From the IMG/VR virus record IMGVR_UViG_3300031867_004305, positions 96,001 to 160,000 of that record: a DNA stretch of 64,000 nt; one strand, given 5' to 3'. A program made the translations under genes and the position numbers. Shown here one piece after another: positions 51,549 to 59,591 of the stretch. The DNA is from a virus. Taxonomy: Duplodnaviria; Caudoviricetes. The notes under the pieces were generated by a model. That model did not search any database, was not told where the DNA came from, and worked only from the letters and a program-made list of their open reading frames with translations. The stretch's first letter is position 1. The number at the start of each line of letters is the position of its first letter.

Positions 51549-52493
51549 ATGGCAGAAAATAAATTTACAGCCACAGATTTAAAAGAAATGCAAAACTGGT
51601 CGTTAGAGCATAAGATTGGAGTAACTCAAACGCGTATTTGCGAATTTGGATTACATTATGATAATCAAGTATTCGTAGCCTTTAGTGGCGGAAAAGATAG
51701 TACAGTATTATTAGATTTAGCTAGACGTTGTATTCCAGATGTACCAGCAGTTTTTATTGATACTGGACTTGAATATCCAGAAGTAAAGCAATTCGTTAAA
51801 TCTCATGAAAATGTAGAAATTATTCGGCCTAAAAAAACTTTTAGACAAGTTATTGAAGAATTTGGATACCCTATTGTAAGCAAGAAAATTGCCGGTTATG
51901 TAGCAACAGCAAAACGTAATCCAGATTCTGCTCGTGCAAAATTCCTTAGTGGAGAGTATGATAGTAAAATTTTTGGGTTTGGAGATGGAAAATGGAATTT
52001 TCTTGTAGATGCTCCTTTTAAGGTAAGTGACTATTGTTGCGATGTAATGAAAAAACAACCTAATCATCACTATTCAAAAGAAACGGGTCGTTATCCTATT
52101 TTAGGAACTTTAGCTTGTGAATCTATCGCTCGTCGTAATGAATGGATGCGTAGCGGATGTAATTTATTTGATAGTAAGAAACCCACTTGTAAACCTTTAT
52201 CTTTCTGGACTGATAATGACATTTTTGAATATATCAAACGCTTTGATGTACCTTATTGTTCTTTGTATGGAGATATCGTGAAAGATAAAAAGGGAAATTG
52301 GACTACTACAGGAATTAATAGAACAGGTTGTATTTTCTGTGGCTTCGGCTGTCATCGTGAGAAGTGCCCAAATAGATTCCAACAATTAAAAGAAACTCAT
52401 CCAAAAATTTGGGAATACTGTATGCGACCTTGGGATGAAGGTGGACTTGGATTGCGTGAAGTTTTAGAATATATAAATGTACCAGTTGAATAA
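51549..52493 (+). CDS. PAPS-reductase-family (PP-loop) protein
   Basis: FSGGKDS, DTGLEYPE, CC..MKK, RTGC.FC. Confidence 0.85.
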   Translation: MAENKFTATDLKEMQNWSLEHKIGVTQTRICEFGLHYDNQVFVAFSGGKDSTVLLDLARRCIPDVPAVFIDTGLEYPEVKQFVKSHENVEIIRPKKTFRQVIEEFGYPIVSKKIAGYVATAKRNPDSARAKFLSGEYDSKIFGFGDGKWNFLVDAPFKVSDYCCDVMKKQPNHHYSKETGRYPILGTLACESIARRNEWMRSGCNLFDSKKPTCKPLSFWTDNDIFEYIKRFDVPYCSLYGDIVKDKKGNWTTTGINRTGCIFCGFGCHREKCPNRFQQLKETHPKIWEYCMRPWDEGGLGLREVLEYINVPVE

Positions 52494-52543
52494 TTGACTT
52501 CTTCTAAAAATTATATTATAATACATATAGAAAGGAGATAATT

Positions 52544-52747
52544 ATGATTAAAATTATCAAGCATGGTCATGCACAATATAAAGCCACTTGTGAATATTGC
52601 GAATGTGTCTTCTCATTTGAAGATGAAGATATTCAAAATAGTGGATGCCAATGGGACTGGTATGAATGGGTTACTTGTCCAGAATGCCATCGAAAAAATG
52701 AATTATCCAGTCGTAGTGCTTTTAAATTCCACCAATTTCAGGATTGA
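52544..52747 (+). CDS. Small Zn-ribbon protein
   Basis: CEYC...CPEC; own promoter at 52494-52522. Confidence 0.6.
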   Translation: MIKIIKHGHAQYKATCEYCECVFSFEDEDIQNSGCQWDWYEWVTCPECHRKNELSSRSAFKFHQFQD

Positions 52748-52914
52748 CTTTCTATAAAAATTATAGTATAATTATTATAGTAAGAGGAAAGGAGCAAATC
52801 ATTTATGGATTATCTTGATGATTTTGTTTGCGAATATCAATCTGATGAATTTGAAGAAGATTCGTTCTGGTTTTGGATTGATGAATATGATTTAGGAATG
52901 GGGATAGAAAATTA

Positions 52915-53259
52915 ATGTATAGTAGAGATTATCTTGATGATTATGACCCATCATCAACCTATTCGGACGCCTTTTCTACAACTGGTAGAACTGCGGCGGA
53001 ACGTCGTAAGAATGATTGGAAGTATGCTAAACGTAATCAAGCGATAGTTAATGCGATTGGCGGCGTTGATAAGCCTCTTCATTATTATGTTAAAACCGCA
53101 CCAGAATATTATTATCAAAGATGTAATAAAACTAATAATAAAGGCAAACATCGCACCGCTTATGGTAATTATAATGATTCTAAAAATTGGAGTCCAAACG
53201 ATAAACGTAAATTAAACGATTATCAAAATCAAATTGAAGAATTATTTGACGAAGAATAA
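52915..53259 (+). CDS. Hypothetical protein
   Basis: ORF downstream of promoter 52744-52772. Confidence 0.55.
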   Translation: MYSRDYLDDYDPSSTYSDAFSTTGRTAAERRKNDWKYAKRNQAIVNAIGGVDKPLHYYVKTAPEYYYQRCNKTNNKGKHRTAYGNYNDSKNWSPNDKRKLNDYQNQIEELFDEE

Positions 53260-53586
53260 AAATTGTGATATAATATTTATAGAAACAAGGAAAGGATGAT
53301 AATTGTGCGTAAGACTTCTCGTACTGTGTTTTCTTCTTCTTGGACTCGCCGCGAGCAGGCTGAAAAGCTTGATGAGTGGCAGAATTAGCCGGTATAAGCA
53401 GACAAATTGCGGCCAATAGAATGCCGGTACCGTAAATGTTCTTCTAACGCCTCTCGAAGAAGCGCACCACTAGAAGACTTATTACCTAGGTAGTTGCGGC
53501 GAACAACGATAAAAATCGCTAGTTGCCCAGATACTTACTTGAAGGGTTTCTGCCGCGTTAATCTTGGTATCGGATTGCGGTTGTAT

Positions 53587-53721
53587 CCACGCGTGGTGCA
53601 AATGGCGAGACACAGCGGACTTACGTAGGCCCAGTGGCTTGTTGGAGAGCAACACTCCTTCCTACGACCAAAATCCGCGACGCAAGATACATTGCTGGTT
53701 CAAATCCAGTCGCGTGGACCA
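53587..53721 (+). tRNA. tRNA-Leu(UAA) interrupted in the anticodon by a 47-nt minihelix insert (53624-53670)
   Basis: Exons give GCGGA-CTTA|AAA-TCCGC, long variable region, CCACGCG/CGCGTGG acceptor stem, ACCA. Confidence 0.85.
53624..53670 (+). ncRNA. tRNA-mimic insert 2 (acceptor stem plus T-arm)
   Basis: CGTAGG/CCTACG plus ACCA; GGAG-AGCAACA-CTCC hairpin with a 7-nt loop. Confidence 0.7.
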
Positions 53722-53724
53722 TAT

Positions 53725-53801
53725 GTTCCATTACCCCAATTGGTAGAGGGAATCGGCTCAAACCCGATGTAGTTTCAGTTCGAATCTGAAATGGAACACC
53801 A
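53725..53801 (+). tRNA. tRNA-Leu(CAA) with short variable loop
   Basis: ATCGG-CTCAAAC-CCGAT; 5-nt variable loop; ACCA. Confidence 0.85.
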
Positions 53802-53879
53802 GAAAATTTTATTTCGAGTTCAAATTGAAATAATTTGAACTTCGAATAGCCACTTTCTAGTAGAAGGAGGTGGTAAGTA

Positions 53880-54836
53880 ATGGAAACTTACACAAATATT
53901 TGGTTAGATATTTCAGAAGAACAATGGAGAAAAATTATTTCTACTAGTCTAACTCGTGCAGAGGTCGCACGCAAAGTTAATCGTTGTCCCAATTCAAGTT
54001 TTAATGAGCGTTTAAAAAAATATTGTGATGAACATAATATCTCTATTGAACATTTTACAATTAATGAAAATGGCAATAAAGAGAAATATCAACTTGAAGA
54101 AATTCTAGTAGAAAACTCTCCTGCTTCGAGAAAAACATTAAGAGACTATTTAGCAAAATATAACATTCTAGAATATAAATGTGCTATTTGCGGGAATGTT
54201 GGAGAATGGAATGGAGTTTCTTTAACTTTACAAATAGACCATATTAATGGAATAAATAATGATAATAGAAAAGAAAATCTTCGTTGGTTATGTCCAAATT
54301 GTCATTCTCAAACTGACACGTTTACTGGGAAAAATAAAACTAAAAAAGAAGTTGTTAATTTCACAGTAGAAGAAGCGATTAAAGCATTAAGACAAACTGA
54401 AAATGTAAATCAAGCAACTAAATTAATCGGTTGTGCGCAAGGTGGAGCAAATTGGATTAGAGTAAATGATATTAAGAAAGAATATGGAATTGTTCAATCT
54501 GGAGATTTAAAAAAAGAAGAAAAATATAAGTTTGAAGAAAATCATATTAATGTAAAACCAATGAACTTTATTAAATTATGTAAAAAGTGCGGTCGTCCAT
54601 TATCGACAAAAGATGCTGAGTATTGTCAAACTTGTATTCACGAATTTCAACGAAAATGTGAATGGCCTTCCCGCGAAGAACTTAAAAAATTAATCCGTTC
54701 CACACCTTTTTTACAAATAGGTAAAAAATATAATGTAAGTGATAACGCTGTAAGAAAATGGTGTTTAAATTACGGTTTACCATCTAAAAAAAAGGAAATC
54801 AAAGCAATTTCAGATGAAGAGTGGGCTACCATTTGA
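53880..54836 (+). CDS. HNH endonuclease
   Basis: C..CG...LQIDHING...DNR.ENLR.LCPNCH. Confidence 0.9.
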   Translation: METYTNIWLDISEEQWRKIISTSLTRAEVARKVNRCPNSSFNERLKKYCDEHNISIEHFTINENGNKEKYQLEEILVENSPASRKTLRDYLAKYNILEYKCAICGNVGEWNGVSLTLQIDHINGINNDNRKENLRWLCPNCHSQTDTFTGKNKTKKEVVNFTVEEAIKALRQTENVNQATKLIGCAQGGANWIRVNDIKKEYGIVQSGDLKKEEKYKFEENHINVKPMNFIKLCKKCGRPLSTKDAEYCQTCIHEFQRKCEWPSREELKKLIRSTPFLQIGKKYNVSDNAVRKWCLNYGLPSKKKEIKAISDEEWATI

Positions 54837-54890
54837 CTTTCTTCTAAAATTATAGTATAATAATTATAACAAAAGGAAAGGATGATATAA

Positions 54891-55109
54891 ATGGAAAATA
54901 TCATTCATGAAGAAGCCGAAAAAATTAAACAGAATATCATTAATGAATTTGGAAAGAATAATATTTTAGATTTACACGTAGAATTAAATGAAGATTGGCG
55001 TGGAGACTATCTCGCTTGGTGGATTATTTTAAAAAATAATCGCAGAATAGAATGTATTAGATACTATAACAGCGATGGAACAATCAAAAAGAATTTGACT
55101 TTCTTCTAA
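54891..55109 (+). CDS. Hypothetical protein between near-identical promoter copies
   Basis: Promoters at 54833-54861 and 55095-55123. Confidence 0.55.
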   Translation: MENIIHEEAEKIKQNIINEFGKNNILDLHVELNEDWRGDYLAWWIILKNNRRIECIRYYNSDGTIKKNLTFF

Positions 55110-55155
55110 AATTATAATATAATAATTATAGTAAAGGGAAAGGAATTAAGATGTA

Positions 55156-55219
55156 AGGCGGAAACAGCAACATTCTTTTAAGTAGCAATCTGTTAAATTG
55201 TAAGACTTATTAACCGCCT
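55156..55219 (+). ncRNA. CAGCAA stem RNA copy C
   Basis: AGGCGG-AAA-CAGCAA ... CCGCCT-AGA. Confidence 0.6.
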
Positions 55220-55228
55220 AGAATTTAT

Positions 55229-55306
55229 GTGCCCGTGGCGCAACTTGGCAGACGCGCTACACTTAGGATGTAGATTTTCAGAGTTCAAATCTCTGCGGGC
55301 GCACCA
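55229..55306 (+). tRNA. tRNA-Leu(UAG) with short variable loop
   Basis: CTACA-CTTAGGA-TGTAG; 5-nt variable loop; ACCA. Confidence 0.85.
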
Positions 55307-55511
55307 GTCACTTCCCACAAATAGTGACAAGTCGCGTTAACATTCGTTTGTTAGCTACGCTGGGAAAACGCGACTTTAAAATATAAGGAAGCCAGGCCAA
55401 CGGCACTAACCGTATGTAGTGACCGCCGTAACTATCACATTCTAGGAGCCTTGATACCGGTATTAGGCTTAATACTCCCCGAAAGTGCACGAACAAATCC
55501 TAGGATGTTAT

Positions 55512-55564
55512 GGCATCAAGTAAAGAGCCTTCTCGTGGCGATGCTGATTTCGACTAATCTTTAC
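55512..55564 (+). ncRNA. Second theta/minimal HDV-like ribozyme
   Basis: P1 GGCATC/GATGCT, P2 GTAAAGA/TCTTTAC, P3 GCC/GGC, L3 TTCTCGT, J4/2 CTAA. Confidence 0.8.
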
Positions 55565-55593
55565 AAAGTATTAAAGGCAGAGCACTTTAATAT

Positions 55594-55622
55594 TTGACTT
55601 TTTCTGAAAATTCTGGTATAAT
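55594..55622 (+). promoter_or_regulatory. SigA-type promoter for the large RNA
   Basis: TTGACT-N17-TATAAT with TG extension. Confidence 0.8.
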
Positions 55623-55649
55623 TATTACAGAAACAAGGAAAGGAAGTAG

Positions 55650-56235
55650 ATACCCTATTTAATAAAATGGTTGAACCAAGTGAAGAAGAGCTAACCACTC
55701 TGCTTGGACTATCCGAAAAACAGCCCCAAACTTGATGGGATACTTTCAAGCCAAGGCCGCGAAATCAGTAATGATTAGCGATATGGAGAAACTCCTAATG
55801 TTAAGGGTAGGTGCTTGGTTATCCGCTAACAAAAACTTGGCTCCTCGCGGCGTCGTAATAGAAGGTGGGCGTTAAAAGCGTGACCTGAATCCAAGTTAGG
55901 CGTAGGATGGCTGCCACCGCAAACCTTGGAAATGCCAACAAGACGCTTGGTGTCGTTGAAACCTAGAAATAGGATATAAGCGAGGTTCACAGAAAAAGTA
56001 GCCCAAAACGACAATGATTCTAATAGATATTTGTAAATATTACTTGGAATTATTGTGCTGAACGGTTCGGGTGAAATTTGAGAGTAAGCAATCTCTCCGT
56101 TGCTCACCGAAAGGTAGGGTGAAGAAGTCCGGAATTGCTACCCGTGGCTCAGCCTTCATCTTCAACGTGGTTGAATATGTTAGAAGGATAATACAAGTAC
56201 GACGAAGGTCGCAACGGTTTTATTAAATAGGGTAT
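55650..56235 (+). ncRNA. ROOL-like large RNA (about 586 nt)
   Basis: Terminal stem ATACCCTATTTAATAAAA/TTTTATTAAATAGGGTAT. Size and ordered motifs (AATCCAAGTTAGG, AAGTAGC, GCTGAACGGTTCGGGTGAAA, GCTCAGCC, GTTGAATA) match ROOL as I recall it. tRNA-cluster context. Confidence 0.7.
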
Positions 56236-56336
56236 TTGCCCTAAACTTTAAGGTAGCATTGGAGTAATTAACCAATGAGATGAAGATGCTCCTACATCAG
56301 CTTAAAGTTTAAAATATAATCATAGGAGTGATTAAT

Positions 56337-56897
56337 ATGCCAAAGAAAATTGATTTAACAGGAAAAATTTTTGGAATCGTACAGGTAGACTCACCAGCAC
56401 CAAGTCAATCTGGTAAAACATATTGGAATTGTCATTGTACTATTTGTAATACTAAAAAAGTAATTCAAGGCTGTGCTTTAAAAAATGGTTCTATTAAAAC
56501 TTGCGGTTGTGGTTGTTCTTTTCATAAACAAAACACTTCAAAAATTTGCGAAATTTGCGGAAAAGAATTTATTCCAATAAAATTTGGCGGTGCTAGAAAA
56601 TATTGTTATGAATGTTCTCCGCAAGAAGGCTCAGAAACAGATAAACGCACAGTTATAAGACGAGCTTTGAAAAAGATGCTAGTTGATTATAAAGGTGGAA
56701 AATGTGAGCTATGTGGATATAATAAATGTTTACGAGCATTAGAATTTCATCATTTAAATCCATCTGAAAAAGATTTTGGAATTTCTGGATGTATAACTAA
56801 AAATGTAGAAGAATTAAAAAATGAAGTTAATAAATGTATTTTAGTTTGTTCTAATTGTCATGCGGAAATCCATGAAGAGCTAGACGAGGCCCGTTAG
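56337..56897 (+). CDS. HNH endonuclease
   Basis: KGGKCE.CGY....ALEFHH.NP.EK...CILVCSNCH.E.H. Confidence 0.85.
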   Translation: MPKKIDLTGKIFGIVQVDSPAPSQSGKTYWNCHCTICNTKKVIQGCALKNGSIKTCGCGCSFHKQNTSKICEICGKEFIPIKFGGARKYCYECSPQEGSETDKRTVIRRALKKMLVDYKGGKCELCGYNKCLRALEFHHLNPSEKDFGISGCITKNVEELKNEVNKCILVCSNCHAEIHEELDEAR

Positions 56898-56964
56898 TCC
56901 AGTTGGCAGAACGATAGACTGTTAATCTATGTCAGCGCTGGTTCGAGTCCAGCACGGGCCGCCA
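56888..56964 (+). tRNA. tRNA-Asn(GUU)
   Basis: ATAGA-CTGTTAA-TCTAT; CCA; overlaps the HNH stop codon. Confidence 0.9.
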
Positions 56965-57041
56965 TCACGATAGCAAATAAGTGAATAAACGGATGTGCGG
57001 TTAGCTGACCTTAAAGCCATTTCATAAAAGGAGTAATAAAT

Positions 57042-57458
57042 ATGGGATTAGATAATGGTATAATTGTCCGTTCAAATCGTCGTAAGATTACGCGTGATAT
57101 GCTACCAGAAGGAATGGTATATCCTTGGGATGAAAAATTTGACAGTCCAGAAGGAGGGGTAGAGATTCTTTACTGGCGAAAGAATTGGGGTTTAAGAGAT
57201 ATAGTAGTAGATACTTTTCCAGTTTATGAAGATACTGGTTATGACTACCTTATCGAAACTCCGCAACAAGTATTTGAACTAATCCGAATTATTGTTCCTT
57301 TTATGAGTAAGGAAAAGTGGGAAGAAGACGGTGATTCTATTTGGGATTACGATGAAATACTTCCTATTTTACAACAAAATATCATAAATTTGGCATTAAT
57401 TGCTTCATTTATGAAAAATAACCCTGATGTTTATTTATTATTCTACGACTCATATTAA
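57042..57458 (+). CDS. Hypothetical phage protein
   Basis: MGLD...YWRK...FYDSY motif. Confidence 0.65.
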   Translation: MGLDNGIIVRSNRRKITRDMLPEGMVYPWDEKFDSPEGGVEILYWRKNWGLRDIVVDTFPVYEDTGYDYLIETPQQVFELIRIIVPFMSKEKWEEDGDSIWDYDEILPILQQNIINLALIASFMKNNPDVYLLFYDSY

Positions 57459-57470
57459 GGAGAAAATTAC

Positions 57471-58010
57471 ATGAACGAAGTAAGACTAAAGATTCTACCT
57501 CCTTGGACTATTGTAATTCGTAAGTTCGAGGCCCTATTTGATGGTGACCCACAAATTGCTTGTAATTGTAACTTTAATGGTGCTAATCCTTCTATCGTTC
57601 TTGCTTGTAATAACGGAGATAAGGTCGCCGCACTCCTGAAGATTCTACCTTCCGAAGTTGATTTTGGTAATATTAAGCTAAAGGTTGTGGTCGATGGCAT
57701 TCCTTCTAATAAGGCATTTACTAGTAAGGTTGAGCTATTTGACACCGCTTTTAAGGGTAATCCCGCATATGCATATTCCATATGTCCTGCTGAAGAAGGT
57801 TATATGTGGATTGGAACTACTTATGTAGTGTTCAAGAATTTCGTCGTACAGTTTGCTGCTGATAATCTAAACGATTGTCACGGCATTATTAGCACTCTAT
57901 ATCAAGATATTGCAGAAGAGCTTCTACGTGGAGAAGCTACTGAAGGTGTTTTTTACAATACTGATGTAGAACGTGCGAATCTCGGTAAGCCCCTAGGTGA
58001 GTGGCCATAA
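57471..58010 (+). CDS. Hypothetical phage protein
   Basis: RBS; PPW...VVQF.ADNL.D..G motif. Confidence 0.65.
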   Translation: MNEVRLKILPPWTIVIRKFEALFDGDPQIACNCNFNGANPSIVLACNNGDKVAALLKILPSEVDFGNIKLKVVVDGIPSNKAFTSKVELFDTAFKGNPAYAYSICPAEEGYMWIGTTYVVFKNFVVQFAADNLNDCHGIISTLYQDIAEELLRGEATEGVFYNTDVERANLGKPLGEWP

Positions 58011-58023
58011 GCCACTCTAATCT

Positions 58024-58099
58024 GGGCCTATAGTTCAGCGGCTAGAATGTCCGGTTGTCTCCCGGAAGATCGCAGGTTCGAATCCTGTTAGGCTCGCCA
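58024..58099 (+). tRNA. tRNA-Asp(GUC)
   Basis: TCCGG-TTGTCTC-CCGGA; CCA. Confidence 0.9.
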
Positions 58100-58216
58100 T
58101 AGACTCATCCAGCAATTTCTTTTGCGCTGTAGGAGCCGGTAATATTGGTTCAAATCCAATTCTCCTCACCATATGAGGAGATAGTGTAATAGGTAGCACG
58201 CCGTAAAATGAGTCTA
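58100..58216 (+). ncRNA. CAGCAA stem RNA copy D with circularly permuted tRNA domain (Y-RNA-like)
   Basis: TAGACTCAT/ATGAGTCTA enclosing T-arm 58144-60, TCTCCTC-ACCA-TAT-GAGGAGA, and D-arm 58182-99. Confidence 0.75.
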
Positions 58217-58225
58217 GTATATTAT

Positions 58226-58302
58226 AGGGGTGTGGGCTAAAGGTGAGCCGCCTCATTTGGGGTGAGGACATCAAGTGAGTTCGATTCTCACCACTCCTAC
58301 CA
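58226..58302 (+). tRNA. tRNA-Pro(UGG)
   Basis: CCTCA-TTTGGGG-TGAGG; ACCA. Confidence 0.85.
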
Positions 58303-58400
58303 ATTAAGAAAAAGAGAAGCGTAAGAGTAATTAACTTATGAGATAACAATACCTCAATATTGAGTCTTTTTCTTATATAAATATTATTGAGGCGATATTT

Positions 58401-58949
58401 ATGCCTAAAAGAATGACACAAGAAGATTTTAATGCTAGAATAAAAGATTACACTAATGATTCTATAATAGTTATTGGAGAATATAAAAATAAAAAAACTC
58501 CTGTTTTAATACAATGTAAAAAATGTAATTACAAATGGTATTATTCTCCAGCATCATTAATGCCTAGTTCTACAAAAAATTATCATTTTAAAGGTTGCCC
58601 TAATTGTAAAAAAGTAACTCTTTTTTGCTTAGAATGTGGAAAAGAATTTACTCGGTTAAAAACTGAAATAAATGACAATAATTTTTGTTGTAAAACTTGT
58701 GCAAATCGTTATAAAAATAAACAAAAAATCAATAAAATTGATAGTTTAGCATACAGACGCAATGCTTTTGAATATTATCCGCACAAATGCGATATTTGTG
58801 GTTGGAATAAAGATGAAAGAGTATTAGAAGTTCATCATTTAGACGAAGATAGAACTAATAATCATATTGATAATTTACGAATTTTGTGTCCAAATTGTCA
58901 TAAATTTTTAACATTGCATCTTTATTCTTATGAAGAAATGAAACAGTAA
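58401..58949 (+). CDS. HNH endonuclease
   Basis: CDICG....LEVHH.D.DR.NN...NL.ILCPNCH. Confidence 0.9.
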   Translation: MPKRMTQEDFNARIKDYTNDSIIVIGEYKNKKTPVLIQCKKCNYKWYYSPASLMPSSTKNYHFKGCPNCKKVTLFCLECGKEFTRLKTEINDNNFCCKTCANRYKNKQKINKIDSLAYRRNAFEYYPHKCDICGWNKDERVLEVHHLDEDRTNNHIDNLRILCPNCHKFLTLHLYSYEEMKQ

Positions 58950-59052
58950 TCAACTGGGTTTGGAGATTATCCCAACCGTAAAATCTCCTCCTTTCTGGTT
59001 TGACTTTTCTTAAAAATTTTGATATAATAAATATATCAAAGGAAAGGAAATA

Positions 59053-59286
59053 ATGAGTATGAAAAAGGAAGTTTTAGGTGTCAATCAAACTAAGGCAGAA
59101 TTTGTCAAGTCTATTCATGATTGGCTGATGCGTACACTTAAATCTTTAGATCGTGAAGAATATCAAAAATGTTTTAAAATTGAAGGATCTAGTATCATGT
59201 GTGAACTTCCAGATAATTTTTTTGATAATTATGAAATTCCTTCTGGCACACGCATTGAAATGAAATTTATTACAAAGAAATCTTAA
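59053..59286 (+). CDS. Hypothetical protein
   Basis: Follows promoter at about 59000-59028 and an RBS. Confidence 0.55.
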   Translation: MSMKKEVLGVNQTKAEFVKSIHDWLMRTLKSLDREEYQKCFKIEGSSIMCELPDNFFDNYEIPSGTRIEMKFITKKS

Positions 59287-59290
59287 AATT

Positions 59291-59393
59291 TTAAGCCGTC
59301 ACAGCAATCTTTTTAAGTGGTTAAATTATTTTGATTGAGAAGCAAAATGAGAGACGGTTCAAACCCATCACAATTAAACAATTAACGGCTTAA
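59291..59393 (+). ncRNA. CAGCAA stem RNA copy E (internal decayed tRNA-like arms)
   Basis: TTAAGCCGT-CA-CAGCAA ... ACGGCTTAA; internal AGTGGTTAAA and GG-TTCAAAC-CC. Confidence 0.65.
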
Positions 59394-59409
59394 TATTAAT
59401 ACAGTGAAT

Positions 59410-59488
59410 AAGGCACACACAGCAATTACTTTTATAATTACAAGATATAGATATTGGGCAGTATATTAAAGTAAATTATTAGTGCCTT
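59410..59488 (+). ncRNA. CAGCAA stem RNA copy F
   Basis: AAGGCAC-ACA-CAGCAA ... GTGCCTT. Confidence 0.65.
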
Positions 59489-59496
59489 GAATTTAT

Positions 59497-59571
59497 GCCG
59501 GCGTAGCCCAATGGTAAGGCAGCTCACTTGTAATGAGCAGATTGGGGTTTCGACTACCTCCGCCGGCTCCA
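59497..59571 (+). tRNA. tRNA-Thr(UGU)
   Basis: GCTCA-CTTGTAA-TGAGC; CCA. Confidence 0.9.
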
Positions 59572-59591
59572 TTATTTAAAAGGAGTTTATT

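Noticed and set aside
53340-53430. Possible minimal RNase P RNA (AGACAAAT...AATAGAATGCCGG, GCCGCG/TGCGGC)
   Set aside because: No GAGGAAAGUCC/P4 pairing, and the 5' part reads as a small ORF with RBS (53296-53388).
53849-53870. Late-promoter consensus resembling CACTTT(T)AT upstream of several genes
   Set aside because: Too degenerate in AT-rich DNA to support without motif statistics.
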